27,105 nucleotides of DNA from Gemmatimonadota bacterium (GTDB taxonomy: Bacteria > Gemmatimonadota > Gemmatimonadetes > Gemmatimonadales > GWC2-71-9). This document shows, piece by piece, positions 1 through 7,939 of this stretch; the first letter of the stretch is position 1, and each line of letters begins with the position of its first letter. The DNA lies in contig JBDHKN010000066.1 in the NCBI GenBank assembly GCA_039586365.1, forward strand, positions 1 through 27,105, given 5' to 3'. The notes beneath the pieces were generated by a model. It saw nothing but the letters and a program-made list of their open reading frames with translations. It was not told the origin of the DNA and searched no databases. Made by a program: the position numbers and the translations under genes.

Positions 1-302
1 AGGCTGCGCCGAAGCGCGTGCCCTACCTTGATCGAATCGGAGTCGATCCCGACAACATGCGCGTATCCCTCTTCATTGAGCATGTTCACGAAGTACCCAG
101 GACCGCAACTTATGACGAGAATGCGTGCAGTGCGATCTTGCGGAACGTGTTTCAGATAGTTGACGCGGTAGAATTGGCCTAGCGTTCGGTAGCCACGATC
201 GATGTCGTCCGGACCTTCCCAAAACGAGTCGAAGCGCTCTGTCCTGGCGCTCAGCTGGACTCTGGGCGGGCTGTCCGGTTGCTCTCTGAGTATGTCGTTC
301 AT
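1..302 (-). CDS. Class I SAM-dependent methyltransferase, N-terminal part (runs off the left edge; absent from the ORF track)
   Basis: Manual translation from ATG at 302: MNDILREQPDSPPRVQLSARTERFDSFWEGPDDIDRGYRTLGQFYRVNYLKHVPQDRTARILVISCGPGYFVNMLNEEGYAHVVGIDSD..., open to position 1. Motif I-like ILVISCGPG and post-beta2 VVGID; GAGGTG RBS upstream. Confidence 0.8.
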   Translation of the reverse strand, partial: MNDILREQPDSPPRVQLSARTERFDSFWEGPDDIDRGYRTLGQFYRVNYLKHVPQDRTARILVISCGPGYFVNMLNEEGYAHVVGIDSDSIKVGHALRRS

Positions 303-357
303 GCTCTGATTCACCTCAACCGATTCGGCCGAATACCCTCAACCTGGCTTTTGCCGC

Positions 358-1350
358 TCAAATGAGTTGCATCCGGCGATACCAATCGGCAGTCGCGGCA
401 GCGCCCTCCGGTAACGTCACCTTGGGGTAATATCCCAGGTTGGACCGAGCCTCGCCGCATGTGAACTGAAAACTCTTCACGAAGAAGTTCATCCGTCTCC
501 GATGCAGCGGAGGCTGTACACCTAACGGCTTCAATGTGCCTTCCAGAGCCACCGCAGCCGCCATGAGCGGCCACAACGGGACCCTCAGCTTCGGACGAGC
601 CACGCCCAGAGCTGCGGATATCCCGGATATCATCTCGTCCGTAGCTATCGCTTCTGGGCCTGCCAGTACAAACGTCCTGCCAGGCGCCTCCGCGTGTGTA
701 GCAGCCAGGCGCAAGCCGTCTATCAGGTCGTCTATGTATACCAGAGCGTGGAGGTTCTGGCCACGTCCGATCATGAAGAAACGCTGCCGCGCTATCCCCT
801 TGAATAGTTTCACCAGGCGGCGATCACCGGGTCCGTACGTCTCGGCGATTCGTGCAATGGCAACGGGCAGCTTGTCGCAGTAGGTCCTGACGACCTTCTC
901 GCCCTCCAACTTGGTGATACCGTAGATGTTGTCCGGCTCGAGCGGGGAGTCGTCCGTTACGGGACCATCGCGTCCAACTCCATAAACTCCAATCGTGCTC
1001 CCATGAACAAAGCGGGCTACCCCGTGATTCAGGGCCGCCTCGAGCACCGTCCTGGTACCCTCGACATTCACATCGGAGTAATAGGAATCTGGAACGTTGG
1101 CCTCATGTTGTGCCGCCGCGAGGTGGTACAGTACATCGATTCCGTCGCAGGCTCGGCCGACAGCCCCTGGGTCGGTCACGGATCCATCGACGAACGCGAT
1201 GCCGCTCCGTCTGAGTTCCTCGGTATTCTGGCTCTCGGCCGGCGTGTTCAGTTTGCCAAGGATACATACCTGTTCACCGGCCGCGTGACAGCGCAGCGCA
1301 AGCCGAGAGCCGATGAAGCCAGTTCCTCCTGTGATAAGGACCTTGGTCAT
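358..1350 (-). CDS. NAD-dependent epimerase/dehydratase (extended SDR)
   Basis: GGTGFIG Rossmann motif, HLAA, YGITK (YxxxK) catalytic motif, YGPGD; start overlaps the upstream stop (ATGA). Confidence 0.93.
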   Translation of the reverse strand: MTKVLITGGTGFIGSRLALRCHAAGEQVCILGKLNTPAESQNTEELRRSGIAFVDGSVTDPGAVGRACDGIDVLYHLAAAQHEANVPDSYYSDVNVEGTRTVLEAALNHGVARFVHGSTIGVYGVGRDGPVTDDSPLEPDNIYGITKLEGEKVVRTYCDKLPVAIARIAETYGPGDRRLVKLFKGIARQRFFMIGRGQNLHALVYIDDLIDGLRLAATHAEAPGRTFVLAGPEAIATDEMISGISAALGVARPKLRVPLWPLMAAAVALEGTLKPLGVQPPLHRRRMNFFVKSFQFTCGEARSNLGYYPKVTLPEGAAATADWYRRMQLI

Positions 1351-3140
1351 CTGTGCTCAGACACGACTGCTTCCGCCTGGCCGGATTCTGCGAGCCGCGC
1401 CGGCCTGTCCGACTGAGCGTTCAATGCCAGGAACGGACCGATGGCCAACGCGTCCAAGTGTCCTCTTTGGCAAGCCCGTATGGCGCCCTCCGGTGTGCAA
1501 ACGATCGGTTCTTCGTGAATATTGAAGCTTGTGTTCACTAGACACGATAGCCCGGTCAGTCGTTTGAATTCCTTCACTATACGGTAGTAACTCGGATTAT
1601 CCGATTCGCTGACCAACTGTGGACGTGCCGTACCGTCGACATGTACGACTCCCGGGCACGTCTGCTTCATTAGATCAGTACAGTCGAACGTAATTGTCAT
1701 GAACCGAGCCGTATCATGCGCGCCATCTACGCCAACGAAGTACCTAGCAGCATCTTCGGCGAGCGCCGTCGGAGCGAACGGCATGAACTCCGTGCGGCGG
1801 AGTCGTTTGTTGAGCCAATCGTTGACCTCGGGTTCGTCCGGTCGGTACAGAATAGACCGATTCCCCAACGCTCTTGGGCCGTACTCCATCCGGCCGGCAA
1901 CACGCGCAACCACATACCCTTCACTCACCAACCGGGCTATTTCGGCTTCGTTGTTCGCTGGACGCGTAAACTCAACTCCCGAGGTTTCGAGTGCTTCCGC
2001 CACCTCCTTGTCAGAAAACTCGGGTCCCAGGTACACGTGGTCGAAGCACTTCTCCATTCGCGTCGCTGATTTCGGATTCATGGTGGCCCACTGAGTCAGC
2101 GCTGCACCCGCGGCGATTCCTTCATCTGACATCGCGGGGTACACGAAAACACCCTCAACGCCAGGCAATTCGTGCACGCGCTGGTTGATCTTGACATTCG
2201 CAAACACGCCTCCAGCAAGCGCTATCTTGGACCTGCCAGTACGCTCTCTCCAATAGGCAACGTATCGAGTCGTGATGTCCTCGGCGACATCCTGAATCGT
2301 CGCGGCGATATGCTCTTTCGTCCAATCGGCCGGCAGGCTGGACTTCAGCTTTTTGAGGGCTGCGTGGCGGAATGTGTTCCCTACATTGGTCATGGTCCCG
2401 CTTTCGTAGCGTATGAAGCGGTCCATTATGTCCCGATACTTCGCCTCACCATAAGCGGCCAAACCGGTGATCTTTCCTTCATGCTTGCCCGCCTTGAAAC
2501 CGCAGAGCTGGGTTACGTATCCGTAGTAGTCCCCCAGCGAATCGAATGAAGGAACGGTGTGTAGCAGACGCCACTTGCCCCCGCTGAAGTCGTATACATG
2601 GGAGGAATGGCCGTCTCCGGCTCCATCGAGCGTAACAACCAGGCTGTCTTCGAATCCGCTTCCGAAGTAAGCCGCCACTGCGTGAGACAGGTGGTGCGAC
2701 ACGAACTCCACCGGACACGTGACCCCGAATTCCTCTCGCATGACTTCCCGGATCCGACTTCTTCTTCTGGCGAAGGCCGGCTTGCGGAGACTGTAGTAGA
2801 GGTTTTCCAGAACAGGCAGTTTGGTGCGTAGCCCACTCAGGTGCGAGCCCATCGAGAAGAACAGGTTTCTCACCACGCCCTCGTCCACTCCAAACACGCC
2901 CTGATCGAAATCCACGTACTCTTCGAGGAAGTGACCCCACTGTGATGCAATCGCGACCTGATCCAACTCCTCAGGGCGCACCCCTGCTATCTGCAACGCC
3001 GCAGCGATCGACTTGCGTGGGAATCCCATCACCATCTTCTTACGTGCCAGCCGCTCCTCGTTGACTGCCGCAAGCACACGACCGTCCTCGATGACTGCCG
3101 CGCCGCTGATGAAGTGGTCACTGATACCGAGTACTCTCAT
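1347..3140 (-). CDS. Carbamoyltransferase, NodU/CmcH/TobZ family (copy 2)
   Basis: NEERLAR, HHLSH, TLDGAGD, EGKITGLA, AGGVFAN, GRMEYGPRALGNRS, FMPFAP, HVDGTARPQ, NTSFN motifs; AGGAG RBS. Confidence 0.95.
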   Translation of the reverse strand: MRVLGISDHFISGAAVIEDGRVLAAVNEERLARKKMVMGFPRKSIAAALQIAGVRPEELDQVAIASQWGHFLEEYVDFDQGVFGVDEGVVRNLFFSMGSHLSGLRTKLPVLENLYYSLRKPAFARRRSRIREVMREEFGVTCPVEFVSHHLSHAVAAYFGSGFEDSLVVTLDGAGDGHSSHVYDFSGGKWRLLHTVPSFDSLGDYYGYVTQLCGFKAGKHEGKITGLAAYGEAKYRDIMDRFIRYESGTMTNVGNTFRHAALKKLKSSLPADWTKEHIAATIQDVAEDITTRYVAYWRERTGRSKIALAGGVFANVKINQRVHELPGVEGVFVYPAMSDEGIAAGAALTQWATMNPKSATRMEKCFDHVYLGPEFSDKEVAEALETSGVEFTRPANNEAEIARLVSEGYVVARVAGRMEYGPRALGNRSILYRPDEPEVNDWLNKRLRRTEFMPFAPTALAEDAARYFVGVDGAHDTARFMTITFDCTDLMKQTCPGVVHVDGTARPQLVSESDNPSYYRIVKEFKRLTGLSCLVNTSFNIHEEPIVCTPEGAIRACQRGHLDALAIGPFLALNAQSDRPARLAESGQAEAVVSEHR

Positions 3141-3149
3141 TGCCTTCTC

Positions 3150-3371
3150 CTATGTTTCACACCACCACTTGCTCGTTGGGCTCAGTGCGATGTTCTTTGC
3201 CAGGTTCGAAGCCGCGTGCGACGATTGGTCGTGAAGCGTGAGACTCATGATCCCCCGGTTGCTGCGCTCAGAGACAATCGTCGTAACCCTCAAGGCATAC
3301 AGCAACAACCAGACCAAGCCCACCCCATTGAGCATGAGGACAGCAAATAGTTGTAGAGGCGTACGACGCAC
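3150..3371 (-). CDS. Small putative membrane protein ending ...SPTSKWWCET
   Basis: 73-aa ORF with one N-terminal hydrophobic segment (LFAVLMLNGVGLVWLLLYAL). Its TAG stop forms part of the TAGGAG RBS of the carbamoyltransferase. Start uncertain (GTG 3371, ATG 3335 or ATG 3249). Confidence 0.55.
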   Translation of the reverse strand: MRRTPLQLFAVLMLNGVGLVWLLLYALRVTTIVSERSNRGIMSLTLHDQSSHAASNLAKNIALSPTSKWWCET

Positions 3372-3694
3372 AGCGTTAAGCCCGCTGATCCGGGTGCTGG
3401 AGGGCTACAGTCAGGTATGCACAATTCAATGTGGTCAGGACAAATGCGGCGAGCGTTGTCGCCGCCGCACGTTCAGCGCCCTGAATCCTGGCCCCGTGAA
3501 TCAGTCTTGGACGTGACCGCACGGGGTCCGCAATGGCCGCCGACTCTTGGCTAGGTCTCCCAACATACCCCGTCGCCACCAAGACAGAACGGCTGCCGTG
3601 CTCCTTCGCGCGACAAGCTGCAACCCAGCGCGGGAGTGCCGATGTGGGTTGAAAGCCCTTGCGTAACCACTTGTAAGAAAAGCACATACTGAGG

Positions 3695-3712
3695 TGTTGT
3701 GTGGTCGCAACG
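3695..3712. promoter_or_regulatory. Candidate enhancer (bEBP) palindrome TGTTGT-GTGGTC-GCAACG
   Basis: 18-bp imperfect palindrome resembling the sites at 7829, 8828 and 21032; IHF-like TAACCACTTGTAA at 3664-3676 on the gene-proximal side. Confidence 0.45.
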
Positions 3713-3742
3713 GTCTAATGGTAGGCAACATCGCTGCGAGAA

Positions 3743-5095
3743 TCAGCGTGGCGCAGTCACGCGGGTTTCGGGTGGTCGGGCGAGGAAGCCGCTGCCCAAG
3801 ATTGAATCTGCGAGCACGTGTGCTACGAGTCGGTGAGCCCGGCTGTTGGGATGGGAGTCGTATCGGGTGGCCCACCAGCGACGCCAATCACCTCCCTCAG
3901 CCGCGAAGTATGGAACCAGATCTACGACCCGCAACCCCTCCTCACGCGCCAGGGACGCTACCTGCTCATGCACCGGCCGAAGTGGATAACTCTCCGTGGT
4001 CCACTCACCCGGTGCGAAAAAGGGGAACAGCAACATCAGAACGGGGGTTCTCCGCGCTCTGGCGGAGTCACTGATGGCTCCCAGTGCAGAGTGGAACTGA
4101 GTAAACGTAGCAGACGAGCGGTCATACAGCTGATGGAATTGCAGGTAGCAGGGCTGTGACGAACGGAGCGCGTTGTACTGCACCTCGAGAAACGCAATGA
4201 TGGCGCTCTGTTCGGCCAGCTCTGTACGAAACCGAGCCGGAACGAGACTGTGTGGCGGGCAGAGCCATTCACCCCCGACAGACTGAAAGTCCGGGCCGCT
4301 TGGCAAACCGTCGTTGGCAAAAAATTGAATGATCACCAGGTCTGGATCGAACTGCCATCCCAACCTCTGCAGGAGTTCAGCCTCGTTTGCTGTTGTGTAC
4401 CCACGCTGAGCCATCGAGATGACTTCTATGTGTTCGGCTCCAGCGTCACGGGCCAACGTTGTCTCCAGTATCGCCGGCCACGTACTGTCTGTTTCCGCGA
4501 TCTTGTCACCCCAGGTGAAGGAATCACCTAAAGCCACGATCCGAAACACCCCGTTTTGCTTATGCACTTCCTCATGGCGAGATCGGAAGCCGAACACGTT
4601 CCTTTCCCAGAGCCTATCATATCTGGCCTGCCATGCAGTAATCTCGGAAGGCAAGCCCAGGTTCGTGCTGATACTCATTGTGCGGAACAAGAACTCGAGT
4701 GCCAGGAGTGCTACGCATACCGTAACGGATGACGTGGCTACCCCAACGACGGTACCCCTTAGGAGGTCGGCCCGTCCGGTCGCGGCCAAGAGTAGGAAAC
4801 AGGCAAGGGACCAAGTCGTAACTAGGAGTGCAGCGACCACAGTGAAGATGTGTGCGATCCCCAGCGCAAGGACGCCAAGCAGAAGTAATGCAATTCGGAC
4901 AGCATTATCTGCGAACAGCCGGCTGCTGCTGATGCCGATTACAGACGCTGTCCTGGTTGGCAGGAGGAGTCCGAATCCAAGCAGCCATGGTACGCCGGCC
5001 ACGGCATACCAAGCGAACCGTGGCTCGTATGCCAAAACGAGTCCTAGCAGCAACCCCAGGAGAATCCAGCTCGCTCGCCATTCGCGGATTGTCAT
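3743..5095 (-). CDS. Membrane-anchored SGNH/GDSL hydrolase family protein (possible glycan acyl transferase/esterase)
   Basis: Several N-terminal hydrophobic segments, then block I GDSFTWG, block II QRGY, block III FFAND and block V DSHPN. Confidence 0.9.
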   Translation of the reverse strand: MTIREWRASWILLGLLLGLVLAYEPRFAWYAVAGVPWLLGFGLLLPTRTASVIGISSSRLFADNAVRIALLLLGVLALGIAHIFTVVAALLVTTWSLACFLLLAATGRADLLRGTVVGVATSSVTVCVALLALEFLFRTMSISTNLGLPSEITAWQARYDRLWERNVFGFRSRHEEVHKQNGVFRIVALGDSFTWGDKIAETDSTWPAILETTLARDAGAEHIEVISMAQRGYTTANEAELLQRLGWQFDPDLVIIQFFANDGLPSGPDFQSVGGEWLCPPHSLVPARFRTELAEQSAIIAFLEVQYNALRSSQPCYLQFHQLYDRSSATFTQFHSALGAISDSARARRTPVLMLLFPFFAPGEWTTESYPLRPVHEQVASLAREEGLRVVDLVPYFAAEGGDWRRWWATRYDSHPNSRAHRLVAHVLADSILGSGFLARPPETRVTAPR

Positions 5096-5261
5096 TGCAC
5101 GCAGTCAGATCCCGCCGTATCAAGACGAGTTACGGTTGATTTCGCACGGCATTGCGGTCGTCATTCAGAACGAGTCTGCGGCTGCACCATGTGCGCGCCC
5201 CAACTGGGGTGGGTACAAGAACGGGCACGTTCACCGGTGGTGATACCGTCTTGATGCGCCG

Positions 5262-5420
5262 CTAGAAGATCGTGTAGATGAACGGCGCCAGTGCCGAACC
5301 CTGCGCGAACACGAGAAGGGATCCGACCACGAACATGACGACGATGATCGGCAGCAGCCACCACTTCTTGCGCACTCGCATGAAGGCCCAGAATTCGCGG
5401 AGCAGACTGAGTTGGCTCAT
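5262..5420 (-). CDS. DUF5989 / SxtK-like small membrane protein (52 aa)
   Basis: MSQLSLLREFWAFMRVRKKWWLLP...GSALAPFIYTIF signature. ATG at 5420 has a GGGAG RBS; the ORF-track start at 5450 is probably too far upstream. Confidence 0.92.
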   Translation of the reverse strand: MSQLSLLREFWAFMRVRKKWWLLPIIVVMFVVGSLLVFAQGSALAPFIYTIF

Positions 5421-5454
5421 GTTGACGATCTCCCTACCCAAACTTGGCACATTG

Positions 5455-5856
5455 TCAGAATTGATGCTTCATGTGGTTCGCATCCCTGCGCTCGCGCGCC
5501 ACCCAGAACCCACCGTCTTTCACAGTACGAACGAGCGGGTTCTTCCCTAGGACACGCATGACCGCCCCGATCGGGAAGATCGTGAGGAAATACACTAGCG
5601 CCATGAATATCGGTGTCGTGACCTTCGATATCGCATGGGCAAGTGCCATCCAGCCCCGTTCAACCGGTCCGAGCAGAGTGGGGATCAGCAGACCCGCGAG
5701 CAGCATGACGATTCCCAGTCCGCCGGTCACAGCGGCGCCGATTTGGCGATCCCGCCACAACAGAAGCGCCCCCAGGGCTAGGAAGCCGAACCCGAGCGTG
5801 AACCCGAAGCGCCTCCCCTTAGACGCAGTCAGTCTAGTTGAAACTCTTGGCGCCAA
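5455..5856 (-). CDS. SxtJ-family membrane protein
   Basis: RRFG, two TM segments, P-x-x-R-G-W-M, T-P-I-F...P-I-G, C-terminal HQF. Lies between the carbamoyltransferase and DUF5989 genes; TTG start after GAGGA, overlapping the upstream gene end. Confidence 0.9.
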   Translation of the reverse strand: MAPRVSTRLTASKGRRFGFTLGFGFLALGALLLWRDRQIGAAVTGGLGIVMLLAGLLIPTLLGPVERGWMALAHAISKVTTPIFMALVYFLTIFPIGAVMRVLGKNPLVRTVKDGGFWVARERRDANHMKHQF

Positions 5857-7646
5857 TCCTCAAGCTCCTCCCATTCAGGTTGCTCTTGTTTGTCCAGCAT
5901 GTACGGACCAAGCACCAAGTAATCGATGTGGGTGCGCATGAAGCAGCGGTACGCGTCCTCAGGACTGCAAACGATCGGCTCACCGCGCACGTTGAACGAC
6001 GTGTTCACCAGCACCCCGCATCCGGTCAGATCCTCGAATGCCTTGATGACGGCGTGGTAGTCGGGATTCGTCTCGCTGTCCACAGTCTGGACCCGCGCGG
6101 AATAGTCGATATGCGTGATTGCAGGCAGGTCCGAGCGGGGGACATTGAGTTGGTCAATGCCCCAAAGTCGGCGCTGCTCCAGAGTCATCGGTATCTGCCG
6201 TTCCTGTTTGACTGGAGCGACCAAGAGCATATAGGGAGACTCGCGATCCAACTCGAAGTATTCGCTCACTCGCTCCCGCAGAACACTGGGAGCGAAGGGA
6301 CGAAAGCCCTCGCGGAATTTGATTTTCAGATTCATCTGCGCCTGCATCCTGGGACTGCGGGGATCTCCCAGAATGCTGCGGGACCCGAGCGCGCGGGGGC
6401 CAAACTCCATCCGACCGTTGAACCACCCGACGATCTTCTCGTCAGCCAACGCTGCGGCCGTCCGCTGGAGCAGCTCACTCCTGGCAAGACGCTGGTACAC
6501 TGCCTTGCGGGAGTCGAGGTACTGGCGGATCTCAGCTTCACTGAATTCTGGTCCCAGGTAGGCGCCCTTCATCGTGTCCTTGGACGGTGTCGGCGTCCTG
6601 GGGCGTTCACAAGTACGATGCCAGATGAGCTGAGCAACGCCGAGCGCCCCACCCGCATCACCTGCAGCAGGTTGGATCCAGAGCTGTTTGAATGGTCCCT
6701 CTCGCAGGATACGGCCGTTGCCAACGCAGTTGAGCGCGACACCGCCTGCCAAGCAGAGATTGTCTGATCCTGTCTCCTTGTGAGCAGTGTTTGCCAACCG
6801 CAGCATCACTTCTTCACAGACTTCCTGGATAGACCGAGCCAAGTCCATCTCACGCTGAGTCAGCTTGGTTTCCGGAACTCGGGGCGGGCCACCGAACAAG
6901 TCATTGAACGCCCCGTTAGTCATTGTTAGGCCTGACAGATAATTGAAGTACTTCTGGTTGAGCCTGAACGATCCGTCCTCACGGAGGTCAATCAGCTCGC
7001 GGTAGATCAGGTCCACGTACTTGGGGTCCCCATATGGTGCCAACCCCATGACCTTGTACTCACCAGAGTTGACTTTGAATCCGGTGTAGTACGTGAACGC
7101 TGAGTAGAGCAGGCCCAGCGAGTCGGGCCAATGGATCTCCTCGAGGATCGCGATATCATTGCCGCGGCCCACGCCCAGCGACGCAGTTGCCCACTCGCCG
7201 ACACCATCCATGGTCAATACCGCAGCCTCATCGAACGGTGATGGAAAGAAGGCACTTGCAGCGTGCGACTCGTGGTGTTCGGCGTAGAGCAGATCCCCCG
7301 CGTATCCCAGACGGTCACGGATCTGTCGCTCCATATGCAGCTTGTCTTTGAGCCACAGTGGTGCAGCCTTCAGGAACGACCCGAAACCCTTGGGAGTGAC
7401 GCCAAGATACGTCTCTAGAATGCGCTCAAACTTCAATAGGGGCTTGTCATAAAAGCCCACATAGTCGAGATCCTGGGCGGTGATTCCCCCGGCCGAGAGG
7501 CAGTAGTCGATCGCACTGCGCGGGAAAGAGGCGTCTCCCTTCTTGCGAGAGAACCGTTCTTCCTGCGCAGCCGCAATGATCTCACCGTCTCGCAGCAGGC
7601 ATGCGGCACTGTCATGATAGAATGCGGATATGCCCAGAATGTTCAT
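5829..7646 (-). CDS. Carbamoyltransferase, NodU/CmcH family, SxtI-like clade (copy 1, 605 aa)
   Basis: True start MNILGISAFYHDSAA at 7646; QEERFSR, EHHESH, DGVGE, GEYKVMGLAPYG, AGGVALN, GRMEFGPRALG, FRPFAP, NTSFNVRGEP; WGIDQLNVPRS insert. Confidence 0.95.
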   Translation of the reverse strand: MNILGISAFYHDSAACLLRDGEIIAAAQEERFSRKKGDASFPRSAIDYCLSAGGITAQDLDYVGFYDKPLLKFERILETYLGVTPKGFGSFLKAAPLWLKDKLHMERQIRDRLGYAGDLLYAEHHESHAASAFFPSPFDEAAVLTMDGVGEWATASLGVGRGNDIAILEEIHWPDSLGLLYSAFTYYTGFKVNSGEYKVMGLAPYGDPKYVDLIYRELIDLREDGSFRLNQKYFNYLSGLTMTNGAFNDLFGGPPRVPETKLTQREMDLARSIQEVCEEVMLRLANTAHKETGSDNLCLAGGVALNCVGNGRILREGPFKQLWIQPAAGDAGGALGVAQLIWHRTCERPRTPTPSKDTMKGAYLGPEFSEAEIRQYLDSRKAVYQRLARSELLQRTAAALADEKIVGWFNGRMEFGPRALGSRSILGDPRSPRMQAQMNLKIKFREGFRPFAPSVLRERVSEYFELDRESPYMLLVAPVKQERQIPMTLEQRRLWGIDQLNVPRSDLPAITHIDYSARVQTVDSETNPDYHAVIKAFEDLTGCGVLVNTSFNVRGEPIVCSPEDAYRCFMRTHIDYLVLGPYMLDKQEQPEWEELEDWRQEFQLD

Positions 7647-7718
7647 TTGCTCTTTGCCTTTAGGGTCTTCTAGGTCTGCGAGATCCGTACCCAACCAAGA
7701 GACTGGATACGGTCCTGA

Positions 7719-7734
7719 CGCAAGAGCCGCGCAC
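7719..7734 (-). promoter_or_regulatory. Non-canonical sigma54 -24/-12 candidate (GTGCGCGGCTCTTGCG)
   Basis: Core fits GCRCG-N4-TTGC but with T in place of the -25 G; IHF site and enhancer-like palindrome lie upstream. Confidence 0.45.
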
Positions 7735-7757
7735 CTACGCCCACCGTCGGCCACGCT

Positions 7758-7770
7758 AATCAAGTGCTTA
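7758..7770. promoter_or_regulatory. IHF binding site
   Basis: AATCAAGTGCTTA matches WATCAANNNNTTR exactly, in an AT-rich patch between the candidate promoter and enhancer. Confidence 0.6.
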
Positions 7771-7828
7771 TATGGCAACATATTACACCCGAGAGCAAGA
7801 TCACTAGAGCAGTGCTGTTCGAGTTTGA

Positions 7829-7846
7829 TGTCGCACTGACGCAACG
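7829..7846. promoter_or_regulatory. Candidate enhancer palindrome TGTCGC-ACTGAC-GCAACG
   Basis: 14/18 identical to the 21032 site; 95 bp from the 7719-7734 element. Confidence 0.6.
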
Positions 7847-7939
7847 GTTCTGCGCGTGGGGTTAGCTCGGTTGGGGATAGTGTGGCTCGCCGGCAACTGT
7901 TCTCACCGCTCTCTTTGGCTGCTGCGAGGGTACCCAGCC

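Noticed and set aside
3376..3887. ORFs 3376..3687 and 3501..3887 (minus strand)
   Set aside because: No RBS or motifs; they overlap candidate regulatory sites and the SGNH 3' end.
4419..6767. Plus-strand ORFs of 274 aa and 309 aa
   Set aside because: Antisense shadows of the well-supported SGNH and carbamoyltransferase genes.
5262..7646. Saxitoxin biosynthesis cluster
   Set aside because: Only sxtI/J/K-like genes are present. No sxtA, sxtG, sxtB or other core genes are seen, and the context is polysaccharide-related.
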